A stretch of 64,000 nt of DNA, from the NCBI GenBank assembly GCA_950097015.1, contig CATNEN010000038.1, positions 6,944,001 through 7,008,000 on the forward strand, in the 5' to 3' direction. Position numbers and translations under genes: made by a program. Below the pieces are notes generated by a model. It was not told the origin of the DNA. It did not search any database and saw only the letters and a program-made list of their open reading frames with translations. This DNA is from Macrostomum hystrix (Eukaryota; Animalia; Platyhelminthes). This document shows, piece by piece, positions 11,569 through 23,587 of the stretch (positions are counted from its first letter, which is position 1; each line of letters opens with the position of its first letter).

Positions 11569-13137
11569 CCTACTATTAGGGCAGGGCCTAGGCCTAGAAT
11601 TCCGAGCACTCTTCTTATTAGGGCCTATAGGCCTGTCCCTGATTAAGCAGCACAACGCCAGATCGACAAATTAAGGTCCTGATTTGATTAACATAACCTT
11701 TTGTCGACATATACAAAAAATGTTTGCATACATACTTCTCAAACGAGACTTGTGTGACATGAGTCTTGCCTTGAATGCTTGATTTTGAATAATCGCCAGA
11801 GGGCCTTGAAAAAGCCGCACAGCATGCGCGATAAAAAAGTAAAAAAAAGAGGAAGGCAAGGCATTACTTAAAAGAATAGAAGCTTACGGCAAGTAAACAA
11901 GCGCAAAAGCTTTTTTAAAGCTCTGCGTTGGCGTATGAAATATTTACAATTATTATATATATGTAGCAATAGATATATATTAAATCAGCGATAAATTTAC
12001 GGCTTTTAAATGGATGCGTTCATGTTTCACTCGTGTAGCTCCGGTTGTTAAAAAAATGACAGGTAGGTTGCGAATAGGTTCGATGGCGGCCTAGCCTAGC
12101 TTGTATATTTGGCAAATTATATCAATAGGCCCTAGGCCTAACGCAACTTAATTGTGTTAGTGCTAATTCATTATAGGTAACAAACATTAGTCAGTCATAT
12201 CTTAGTTCTGTTCTTCATCCTATGATTGTCATTTTAAAGTTCGCTACAGTTAATAGTAGGCCTAGGCTTATTCATTTTATTATTATGCCTATATGGGGAA
12301 TGGGCAGGTCATGCCTGTGGCTATGGCTAACTATTAGTCTAGTATTAGACCTACACTTTTTTGTTCAATGATTCTAAAAAGCAGTAGCTAGGCCTACTCT
12401 GTATTGTAGCTAGTTGCTACAATACAGATATAAAATATCTGATTGCTATAAAATTTGCTTAGGCCTACTGAAGTAATGAAGTTTACCTGCAGAAAGTTTG
12501 CTTGCTAGATTGTGTGCACCTTGTAGTTGCTTGCCTTGTCTAAGCCTAGAGTTGTGTATCTTTGCTTGTTTGCCTATGGCTGTATAGGCCTATATATCAG
12601 TATTCAGTAGGGCCTATGTGACTGTATGTCTGACTCTGCCTATATATAGGACTATAGGCCTAGCCTATTATTGGCCTGCTGCCTGCAAAGTAGGCCACTT
12701 TGTCATTATTTTGGATGCTTACAATAGGATTCTGTTTTTCATAGGCCTAGTGGATTGCAAAATTTCAAGTACAAGATTAAATCAGAAAAATTTCAAACTA
12801 AGGCCCTATATAGGCCTATCTGTTCATTGTTAGATTGTTAATTAAAATTAGGCCATATGCCTCAAAAGTTACATGTCCATGTGGATTAATGGCCCAGATT
12901 AGTGATTGTAGCTTGTTATTTTAGCATGATATGGTGATAAATCTTTTGAACAATTGAAACTTGTTTGTATTGACAAATATCAACTTAGATGACAATGGTA
13001 TATAATTTATGCAGCTTATTCATGGAATTATGAGGTAAATTAAATATATGGTTACTATATGCTTAGCCTCATACATGCCCAACTTCAAAATTTCACCTGT
13101 CTGGTGTGACTTACTATTTGTCCAGATTTGCCACTGG

Positions 13138-13245
13138 CACTTAGTTCCTCTTGATTGCAACTTAGTTCCTCCTGATTATGACTTATTCCCCTGATTGCAA
13201 CTTAGTTCCTCTTGATTACAACTTAGTTCCTCCCAATTGCAACCT
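13138..13245. repeat. Short degenerate tandem repeat, about 21-bp unit x5
   Basis: GCAACTTAGTTCCTCTTGATT variants. Confidence 0.8.
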
Positions 13246-13476
13246 AATTTTCAATTTGTAAATGACTTTTCTTGCCCTTTTCTCTTTTTCTCTCTCTCCT
13301 CTTTCCCTCTCTCTCTTTTTTCCCTCCTTTCTTTTCTATTTCTCTTCCTCTTCTTTCTTTCTTCCCCCAATTTTTGCTTTTTGCATTTTTGATTTTGCTA
13401 CTTACCTTGGCAAGTGGCCATTTCACCCGTCAGGTTTGGACAGGTCAGACAGGTATTGGGTATGTATGATTTGCCG

Positions 13477-14118
13477 TAGGGTAATGTATAATCAACCGAA
13501 CAAGAATATGCCTTTTTTTAACTTTAAACCTAAGCTACAGATTTTCTATTTAAGATATCATGATAAATCAAAAGCCAAGTTATAGAAAACAGTTTTGTCT
13601 TTCTAAATAGTATCTGCTTTTGCAATTTTGTCAAATAGAAAAAAGTTATTCATGTTTTTCATCTAAAACCAAACAATGATTTTCATGTATCTTCAAACCA
13701 AACAGAGAATTTGATGTTTGGTTTTAAAATTTGAGTGAGTGGTTTACTCTTATTTTAAGGAGTGAACTATCATGAATTATGTCATTTCAAAGCATTTTTC
13801 ATGCTCTATAACTACATTTATGGTAATTTAATTGGAAAGCAACCACATACAATATTAGTCTAAAGTATGTGCTGAAAAAATGCTGTTAAAAAGTATGCTT
13901 TTGTGATAAAAATTTCTACTGAAACAACCATATCTTTCTTTCCTTTTAATGCTTCATTGCATGTCATGCCTTAGCTTGTAAATAATTTCATTGACATTCA
14001 AAATAGTTGTTCTGTGAAATACAATAGCTTGTTTCTGTCTTGCACAAGACCAAGGAAGGAGTCAAAATTCTTGTTCAGTTTTGAAGATACACTGTTCGGT
14101 TGATGATACATTACCCTA
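13477..14118. mobile_element. MITE of about 640 bp, TA-flanked, copy 1
   Basis: TIR TA|GGGTAATGTATAATCAACCGAACA ... TGTTCGGTTGATGATACATTACCC|TA; closely similar full-length copy at 26795-27440. Confidence 0.9.
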
Positions 14119-14682
14119 TATCAGCTGTTTGACTTCAGGCAAAATTCTACAATACAGCAAAAGTCCAGCAAAGTTTGGTTAGACCCTAGCTTAGATTCAT
14201 TAAACTCAACAAGTAGCTTTAGAATATATATTCAGTCATTTGCGTAGCCAAATTTTTGTCTAGGAGAGTTATAGTCATCATTGTCTACCCTATTGCTAGT
14301 ATCTGTTTCTATTTCAATTTTTTGGCATAAATGAAGGCACTTCAATAATTCAGTTAAATCAGTTTATTAATATTCTTTTTTTTGTTCAAATATAGCTCAT
14401 GATAAATTGGCAAGTGTGGCAGCTGAATAAATCTAAATCATTCTGATTGGATATCTGCTCCATTGGTTTTTCCCAGAGTCTTATTAAAAATGTTTTGTAC
14501 CTTATACTTAATAATAATAAAAAATTCTACTTTACAAAAACATGGCTTTTTTAATTTATGCCTATGAACATATTACATTCTAATTCTACTACAATTATTA
14601 CAGCTTTTCCCAGCTATTACCTGAGGTTACAAAAGGTGCCATATCCTAGCATTCACTTACCTATATACACCACCTGACAAAA

Positions 14683-16864
14683 ATGGCTGCAAAGAAGCGC
14701 TGGTTGTCTATGGCTGGGGTTGATGACCTTGACGAAGCCACACCTCAGCAGCAGCAGCAGCAGCAGCAGCAGACGATTGAGACGGAGGGTGCCATGCCAC
14801 TGAAGAAGCGCCTCATGCTCCAACTGAAGCACCAGGAGTCTCAGAAGAAGCGCGTCTCCCTTAGTGAGTATTATCGCAAGAAAACTACAAGCGGTTCCAC
14901 TGCGAATGCTGCCGAAACCTCTACCGCTACAATATCCGAAGCTGCGGCCTCGGATGATCGAGATCCCAGCGCTGACGCTGGCGCCGATGATGACATGGAT
15001 ATCGCGTCCAATTGCGACGTTGATGTAGATGTCAGCACGGGCGGCTCCTACGACAAATTCGACATGCTGCCAGCAACGCCTAATAATGATCTCGATGCGT
15101 CTGCCGATGGGGACGTCCCTGGTCTGGACGATGACATTGTCGCTGACGAACCTGTCAGGGGTGACGAACTAGAGCACTCTTCGTCAATGCCCAAAACAGC
15201 AACGTCGGCAACTGCTGGCCAGCTGCAGATAGACGAACTGGGTGAGGCAACCGACGCTCGCGAGTATGTACTGCAACAGCAAAGCCGAAGGCAGAGTCAC
15301 CGTGATCAGCAGCAGCAGCACCATAGCGGTCGTCACGGGGATCGGCATCATCAACGACACGAGAGGCACAAGTCCCACCGACATCATCAGCCCAGTCACG
15401 ATCGGCACGAGCGACGCGCAGGCGATAAGGAAAGTCGCCGTCACCGGCATCGTAAGCACGGTGAGCATCGGCATCGACATCGCGGCGAGAGCGCATGCGG
15501 CAGCGATGAGTCCAGACGCGCGGCCAACGCTTTTGACGCTTTTGTTGAACGTCAGATGCGTAGCATGCGACAGAGGCAGGCCGATAAGGCGCGCGACAGA
15601 AAACAGAACGCCTCCAAGGCCGCTGCCGGCCCCACGCCTGCCGAACTGCTCCGACTGCAGCTGGAGTTGCGAGAAGGAGAAAAGGTGCGGTAGTCTCCTG
15701 CGTTTGTCAAATATATGTCACAAGGTGGGTCAAGGTTAGTTTATTCCCTCGACACAGAGTAGGTCAAGGTCAGTGTCTTGGGTTGCTCACTGTCCTTGTG
15801 GGTCCAGATAAGGCATGTTTAGACTCGTCATCTTGTGTCCAATCACCAGGTGCAATGATGGGTCAGGATACATGTAAGTCATTTAGTAATTATTTTTATG
15901 AACTTCACATAAGATTTAATGAACCTGCAGGTTCAACGTGCCGAAAGCTTTATCTACGGAGATCCGGCAGACGCCGCCGCCCAGCCCATTGTGCCAGTCA
16001 GCAGCTCTTTCATCGATCGAGTTGTTGCCAGCACCAGCGGGGGTGGCCAATCTCACACCACTGGCACCGCCAGTCAGCAACCGCCCCAGCAACGCCAGGT
16101 TGGACTTTTAATTGCCATGCTGGCAGTAGGGGAACATTTGCTAACGTCGAAAATAGTTTTTTTCGCAGTAAATTAGTCACGAGCCTCGGCTAGAATTTTA
16201 GAAGGATCACACACATCTAGAATCGTACCTAAAGCAATAGCTAGAGGTCTCTAATAGAACCAGGAACCGCAACTAGAATCGTTACTTTATCAAGCAGCTA
16301 GAATCATAGCAGGAACCGCAGTTAAAATCCTAACAGGATCCGCAGCTAGAATCGTAGCAGGAACCGCAGTTAAAATCCTAACAGGATCCGCAGCTAGAAT
16401 CGTAGCAGGAACCGCAGCTAGAATCGTAGCAGGAACCGCTGCTAGAATCGTAGCAGGAACCGCAGCTAGAATCGTAGCAGGAACCGCAGTTAGAATCGTA
16501 GCAGGAATAGCAGCTAGAACCACAGCATTAGCGGCTATCATTTCAGGTGGCCGTGGTGAAGCCCCAAATCAGCTCTCTATTAGGTGGCATTGTTCGCCTT
16601 GTGGCAAGCAGTCTGGGCGATGTGCAACGAAATCTGCAGCGCCAGATGTTGCAGCAGCAGCAGCAGCCACTCCCGCCTCCACCGCAGCGGCAAGTTAAGC
16701 CATCGATATCCTCAACAGCCAAGGCGGGAGTTAACAGCGACGGCTCGAGCGGAGACAGCGGGGGCGCGGACGCCAGCGACTTTCTGGGCGTCGCCGGCTA
16801 TGGCAACAACAGCAGTGCCGGTCCAGCCAGGACCTCGAAGTCGTCAAAATCGCGACGGTCTTGA
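14683..16864 (+). CDS. Unknown low-complexity, probably nuclear protein (495 aa); exons 14683-15684, 15931-16098, 16547-16864
   Basis: ATG start, phase-0 GT-AG junctions (AAG|gtgcgg, cag|GTT, CAG|gttgga, tttcag|GTG), AATAAA next to the stop; poly-Q, acidic and His/Arg-rich tracts; motifs KKRWL, PLKKR, KKRVSLSEY. Confidence 0.8.
16190..16520. repeat. Intronic minisatellite, 24-bp unit
   Basis: Unit GCAGCTAGAATCGTAGCAGGAACC. Confidence 0.9.
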
Positions 16865-17050
16865 ATAAACGGATTAAAATGATTGTTAATATTGAAGTGT
16901 TAGTTTTATATGATTCCGCATTTCCCTATATTGTAATAAATTAGTTACTCCCGACGTTAAGCCGATGCTTGCAATTTCTCTTCTTTTAACTAAAATGTTT
17001 CTATTAACAATGATTCCCCTTTAACATAAGAAATTGCACGCTGTTCGCCA

Positions 17051-17591
17051 TAGGGAAAGACCACGTGGTATTTCAAATACCCACTGCCTACACCCCGTTT
17101 GCTCCTAAACTAAATTCCCGCTTCGCCGAAATTCCTGACTCGCCGAATTCCCGATTCACCGAATCCTGATTCAATACATCTTACTTTATCATAAATTTAA
17201 ATTAAACCGCATAACCATTGCCCTCTTTGAGTGTTGGTCAAATATTGGAATTCTTTTTCTGTTGTATTGAAATTAATTAAAAAACTTACTTGAATGAAAT
17301 GCACTTTCTTCATTCATTAACTTGTAAACTTGCTTCTAAACTTTATTAACTTTCTGGAACGTACGAGCGCGTAGATTGAGTGAGCAAAGAAGAACATCAC
17401 AGGTACTTCGGAAAAAGCAAAACTTGCTGGACATCCTTGTATAGCCGAAAATAAAATTGTAATGAGGTACGGTAGCTTAGCAAAAAATGTTCTTAGCAAT
17501 TTTTTCGGCAAAGAGGGAATTCGGCGAATTGGGAATTTTGGCGAATCGGGAGTAAACCGGGTATTTGAAATACTCCCGTGTGGTCTTCCTA
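17051..17591. mobile_element. Composite or nested MITE-like element
   Basis: Outer inverted ends TAGGGAAAGACCAC..GTATTTCAAATACCC / GGGTATTTGAAATAC..GTGGTCTTCCTA; inner inverted subterminal repeats TTCCCGATTCGCCGAA-like at 17095-17165 and 17515-17560. Confidence 0.6.
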
Positions 17592-18485
17592 CTGTAAAAA
17601 TTGTTACGGTCTACCAAATGCCTCCTAATTATCGTTAGCTTGTTCATTGTATTATTGCTAGCTGTCTATTATAGTTGACAAACTATTGCAATCGGATTGT
17701 GTGTGCTAAACTGCGCCAGATAATAAACTAACTTTTGTTATTTTTCTTTCGTATAAATTTGACTCTACAATGTGTTCAATTAATTTGTAGTCCTGCGTTC
17801 TGTATAGAAAGAGAAATAGGACTTGTGACTTGTGTCTCAATTTGTTCAAACTTTAGTGTCAAATAATTAATTTATTAACCCGCTCGTGTTTTGTTTTGCT
17901 TTTCTTCAAAAAGCATGTAAGCCACTATTGTAGGAGTCACTAAATATTACTTCATTTCGTCTGTTTAACCACAATTTACTGATTGGTTGGCTGTTTGGGG
18001 GTGGGTGTCCGATATTATGTACATTATAACAACCATCCCACTCAAATAGCCAGCCAATCAGGTATTTCTGGTTGATAAAACTGCTTTACGTTTTCTGTTA
18101 TTAAATTTCAATTATTGTATGATCAGCCCAATTGTAAAATTTCTAATACGATTCTATCTACCCTTATCTGCTCTTCTATTTATAATTTCATGTTTTGCAT
18201 CAGTGACTATGCTTGCTTGTTTATCTCATATTATTTACATTTTCATTTCTGCTAACAAAAACAGCATGGTCATTGCATTACCATCGGCTATTTTTGCTGA
18301 CTTGTTTCATAACAGTGTTGCTTGCCAATTAGTTAGACTTGTTAATAAACAAAATGTTATCACTTAATTTTTGAAGGCCTTATTTTTTTATTAACTGGTT
18401 TTCCTCGGGGCGTCAAAAGTATATATTTTAGACAGCCACTAGTATAAATCAACTAGTATAATCAACTCCTCAACACCCACTGGTT

Positions 18486-19165
18486 CACTCCCCAGCCCTT
18501 CACTACTCAACCCTTCACTCCCCAACCCTTCACTCCCCAAGTCTTTACTCCCCAACCCTTCACTACTCAACCCTTCACTACTCAACCCTTCACTCCCCAA
18601 GTCTTTACTCCCCAACCCTTCACTCCCCAAGTCTTTACTCCCCAACCCTTCACTACTCAACCCTTCACTCCCCAACCCTTCACTCCCCAAGTCTTTACTC
18701 CCCAACCCTTCACTCCCCAAGTCTTTACTCCTCAACCCTTCACTCCCCAACCCTTCACTACTCAACCCTTCACTCCCCAACCCTTCACTACTCAACCCTT
18801 CACTCCCCAATTCTTCACTACTCAACCCTTCACTCCCCAACCCTTCACTACTCAACCCTTCACTCCCCAACCCTTCACTACTCAACCCTTCACTCCCCAA
18901 CCCTTCACTACTCAACCCTTCACTACTCAACCCTTCACTCCCCAACCCTTCACTACTCAACCCTTCACTCCCCAACCCTTCACTACTCAACCCTTCACTC
19001 CCCAATTCTTCACTACTCAACCCTTCACTCCCCAACCCTTCACTACTCAACCCTTCACTCCCCAACCCTTCACTACTCAACCCTTCACTCCCCAACCCTT
19101 CACTACTCAACCCTTCACTCCCCAATCCTTCACTCCTCAACTCTTTACTCCTCAACCCGTCACTC
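18486..19165. repeat. Minisatellite, 15-bp unit with 30-bp higher order
   Basis: CTTCACTCCCCAACC / CTTCACTACTCAACC; ends about 165 nt before the DAP3 first acceptor. Confidence 0.96.
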
Positions 19166-19331
19166 TTCAGTTCGCCACTATTTTTGCCACCAAATTCTAC
19201 CAGCTTAAACTCACACAAACTCAAAATATTCGTTACCACATGCATTCACTTTCAAAATCTTAGAGCTTTTAGTGTTAAAATCCGCCAAAAAAATATAATT
19301 GTATTGTATTATTGTCGTTTCTTATCCGCAG

Positions 19332-21852
19332 CTCACCCGCGCCTGTACTTGGCTGCTGAGGCAGCAGCGACTCCTCGGCTGTCAGCAGCAGCGCTGCGGA
19401 GCCGCCACAGCCGCCCTCCTGACAGACGAATCCGCGCCCGAGCGGCACTCGCTGCAGCGGCACGTTGGCCTGCTGTACAGACCGGATGAGGCCGACTGGA
19501 ACCTGGTCACGAAGCATTTCTGCCGGCCCGAACTGCGCAGGTGAAAATGATTTCACTAATCCCTGGTTTGCTTATTTGAATGTACTTTTACTTGGCCATT
19601 TCCCAATCCGCTCTCGGTCCTCTCGCGCTGCAGGCTGTTCGACACCCTCGGCCAGCGGGCCATCATGGTGCGCCGGCCGGCGCTGGAGATCAACGAGCGG
19701 CTGCGAGGCCACACCGGAGCTGGCCGCCCCTGCCTGCGGTTCGTGCTCTACGGCCAGCGGGGCAGTGGCAAGTCCTTGCAGGTGCGAGCCTTCGACAGGC
19801 ACTGTACCAGATCCGCCAGTATTTCAGTCCCAATTGCCAGTATTTCATTACCAAATCCGTTAGTATTTCAGTCCCAATTGCCAGTATTTCATTACCAAAT
19901 CCGTTAGTATTTCAGTCCCAATTGCCAGTATTTCAGTCCCAAATTCCGCCAGTTTCTCAACCCGCCTCTCCCACAGATGGGTCACGTGGCCGCCGCGTGC
20001 CACCGCCAGGGCTGGCTGGTGCTGAGCGTGCACAGTCCGCACCTGTGGATGCGCAACAGCCGGGAGCTGCACGAGAGCGCCCACCGGCCTGGCATGTTCG
20101 ACACAGCCGGCTACGGCTGCAGCTGGCTGCGCCACTTCTACGCCATGAATGAGGCCGCCTTCGCCAGCCTGCGCGTCACCAAGGAGCTGCGCTGGAACGC
20201 CAAGGAGTCAACGCCAGAAGGCGCCAGCTGGAAGGAGGTGCTTGACTACGCCCTGGCTAGGCCCAGGTACAGTTGCGCCGCTGTACAGTTCCTGGTGGAC
20301 GAGATCAAGCTGGGCACTGTGCCGATGCCCACACTAGTCTGCTTCGAGGTGGTCAACTGTCTCTGGTGGCACCGGTCTGGTATCAAGAATGAGGTCATTC
20401 AAAGGACGCCTGCGTAAGTTTCTCGGGTGTTTCTCGGCAGTCTCACACCTCGGTGGGGTTGGATTTTCAGGAGCTGCGAATTCTCACACCTCGGTGGGGT
20501 TGGATTTTCAGGAGCTGCGAATTCTCACGCCTCGGTGGGGTTGGATTTTCAGGAGCTGCGAATTCTCACACCTCGGTGGGGTTGGATTTTCAGGAGCTGC
20601 GAATTCTCACGCCTCGGTGGGATTGGATTTTCAGGAGCTGCGAATTCTCACACCTCGGTGTGGTTGGAATTTCAGGAGCTGCGAATTCTCACGCCTCGGT
20701 GGGATTGGAATTTCAGGAGCTGCGAATTCTCACACCTCGGTGGGGTTGGAATTTCAGGAGCTGCGAATTCTCACGCCTCGGTGGGATTGGATTTTCAGGA
20801 GCTGCGAATTCTCACACCTCGGTGGGGTTGAATTTTCATGAGCTGCGAATTCTGACACCTCGGTGGGGTTGAATTTTCAGGAGCTGCGAATACTCACACC
20901 TCGGTGTGGTTGGAATTTCAGGAGCTGCGAATTCTCACACCTCGGTGGGGTTGGATTTTCAGGAGCTGCGAATTCTCACACCTCGGTGGGGTTGGATTTT
21001 CAGGAGCTGCGAATTCTCACACCTCGGTGTGGTTGGAATTTCAGGAGCTGCGAATTCTCACACCTCGGTGGGGTTGGATTTTCAGGAGCTGCGAATTCTC
21101 ACACCTCGGTGGGGTTGAATTTTCAGGAGCTGCGAATTCTCACACCTCGGTGGGGTTGAATTTTCAGGAGCTGCGAATTCTCACACCTCGGTGTGGTTGG
21201 AATTTCAGGAGCTGCGAATTCTCACACCTCGGTGGGATTGGATTTTCAGGAGCTGCGAATTCTCACACCTCGGTGGGGTTGGATTTTCAGGAGCTGCGAA
21301 TTCTCACACCTCGGTGGGATTGGATTTTCAGGAGCTGCGAATTCTCACACCTCGGTGGGGTTGGAATTTCAGGAGCTGCGAATTCTCACACCTCGGTGGG
21401 GTTCGATTTTCACACCTCAGGTGTAACTTTCAAGCTGATCTCATCCACTATTCAAACCTCCGTACAGCAAGGCCGAAGATCCGGTGTGGCGTGCTGACAT
21501 CACGGCCAAGCAGCTGACCCTGCTAGACGCCTTCAAGCAGCTGCTGGACACGGACTGGCAGAACGGAGCGGCTGTCATGTCCGTTTCGCCGCAGGGTGCA
21601 ATCTTAGATCGTCGCCGGGACTGGATGCCGCGCCAGTTGCTAGGCGACGAAGGCTTCGCCTACCTGGACCCATTCCTGCCCGTGTACGTTGAGCCGTACG
21701 GCCCAGCTGAGATGAGCAATATGCTCAACTGGTACAGCGAAGCCGGCTGGCTCACTAGCGAGGCTTCGGCAACCGACGCTGGCCGAGCCGAGATGGCCTT
21801 CCTGTCTGACGGTAACGCTGGCGAACTGATGCGAATCAGCGGCGAGTGGTGA
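19332..21852 (+). CDS. DAP3: Mitochondrial small-subunit ribosomal protein mS29 / DAP3; exons 19332-19540, 19634-19781, 19977-20413, 21468-21852; no genomic ATG found
   Basis: IMVRRPALE, P-loop LYGQRGSGKS, HVAAACHRQGWLVLSV...HLWMRN, DWQNGAAV, PRQLLGDEGFAYLDPFLPVYVEPY, FLSDGN; junctions in frame, 1179 nt including stop. Confidence 0.94.
19812..19950. repeat. Intronic tandem repeat, 44-bp unit x about 3 (DAP3 intron 2)
   Basis: CCGTTAGTATTTCAGTCCCAATTGCCAGTATTTCATTACCAAAT. Confidence 0.88.
20441..21420. repeat. Intronic minisatellite, 41-bp unit, about 24 copies (DAP3 intron 3)
   Basis: Unit CTCACACCTCGGTGGGGTTGGATTTTCAGGAGCTGCGAATT. Confidence 0.97.
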
Positions 21853-22029
21853 CAGAGTCATCACTCGTGTGAACTGCTAGAATTAAGCATAATGGAAATA
21901 AAATTGTTTGAAACGGTCGTTAATTACGCTGTAGCATTTTTTATCGCCTGGAAATTATTTCCATGCTGAATCAAAACGACTCAAATTTGCTGGACCTTGA
22001 AAGAGTTTGTCACTTTGGGCAGTATCAGA

Positions 22030-22148
22030 AACAAGCTAGACTTCTGACTTAGTAGGTCGGGAGTTCAATTCTTATGTCGAATAAAAACTAATTATTGTCC
22101 TTGAACAAGAAAACTAACTAATTACTTTAGTTCAATAAGCTGTAAAAT
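22030..22148 (+). mobile_element. Highly diverged CORE-SINE fragment
   Basis: GGTCGGGAGTTCAATTC (B-box-like), then TGTCCTTGAACAAGAAAACTAAC...AGTTCA...GCTGTAAAAT. Confidence 0.45.
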
Positions 22149-22477
22149 ATTTCATTTGCGATCTGATTAGCTGGATGATTTTGCATTCCAGCTAAAGATA
22201 CAACACGTCACATCGAATATGAACATTTGTAAAAACATTAGCTCGTAATTAAGAATATAAGAAGTGATTACGAGTATTTGCTTCGGCAATGACAAGACTA
22301 GTTCAATAAATGTGCGACGCATGTATTGCTCATTCGGTTAAAACCTCCGATATAAAATAAAGTTAATTAATCAACTCTAATACGTCAATAACACAAAGTT
22401 AGTTCAATAAAGTACAATACATGTAGATTTAACAAAGAAAAATGTTAACTCCGCAGTATAAGCACTTCTGCATATAA

Positions 22478-22790
22478 ACCCTCCGTTTGTGTCTTCTGTC
22501 TGCTCACCCTCCGTTTGTGTCTTCTGTCTACTCACCCTCCGTTTGTGTCTTCTGTCTGCTCACCCTCCGTTTGTGTCTTCTGTCTGCTCACCCTCCGTTT
22601 GTGTCTTCTGTCTGCTCACCCTCCGTTTGTGTCTTCTGTCTACTCACCCTCCGTTTGTGTATTCTGTCTACTCACCCTCCGTTTGTGTATTCTGTCTACT
22701 CACCCTCCGTTTGTGTATTCTGTCTACTCACCCTCCGTTTGTGTCTTCTGTCTGCTCACCCTCCGTTTGTGTCTTCTGTCTACTGTCTTC
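22478..22790. repeat. Minisatellite, 28-bp unit, about 11 copies
   Basis: Unit CACCCTCCGTTTGTGTCTTCTGTCTGCT between the convergent DAP3 and SLC17A9 genes. Confidence 0.95.
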
Positions 22791-23587
22791 TTTGCAGTGC
22801 TTCAATTTTGTTTATGCAACTGTATTCTTTTACGCTCTTAGCTACGGAAAGTTAATGCGTGCAACAACGATTTAGTCTGATGTCTATGGCCTAAGTAATA
22901 GCCAGCTTAGCAGGACAAATATACTCTTAGCAAGCAGTGTCCATAGATAGTCAAGGGGTGCAGCAATCGGCCCCCATTGGTAGACCCTAAAAACCTCTAA
23001 AATAATACAATGTCACTTCATGTTAGGTTTTAATTGTTGCAATATTGAAATATCACATATTTGCTCGAATAATCATTTTTGTTTATTTATAGTTATGAGC
23101 TTCATTAAGAATTCTCTGCCCTGCCACTGATCACAAAGATAAAGTGAGCAATCACAAAGCCATTGAGTATAATGACAAATATATAAACGCGTTTCACCCG
23201 ACATGTTAGAGAAGTAAGCGCAACACGATTGAATGTACTTTGAATGCAACGATAAATTCGGAACAGTCACGTGTTTAGGCAAGAAACTTAAATCCTTTAG
23301 TTTATAAAAGCACTTCAGAATGAATTGTTGGTGTTTTTTGCTCTAAATTTGCTCTAAATTAAACGTTAAAAAAGAAGAAAAAATAAGCATTTACCAGTCA
23401 CCAGTTTACTATGCGAAAGAAGCTTTGAGGAGGTCGCAAACCAGGATGCGGTCAAAGGCTTTGTTTAAATATGTCACGAGAGGGATCTGAAAATCATTGT
23501 CTAATAATATCCAAAATTGAAAGAGAAGAAAATCAAGAAAGAGAACTGTTCTATGCACACAGAAACGAAGGCGGGGAGCGGCCGGTA

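Noticed and set aside
18439-19245. 268-aa SEGL pentapeptide-like ORF
   Set aside because: Reverse frame of a 15-bp minisatellite, antisense to DAP3, with no supporting gene structure.
20389-21517. Multiple repetitive ORFs (GLDFQELRILTPRW...)
   Set aside because: 41-bp intronic array read through three frames.
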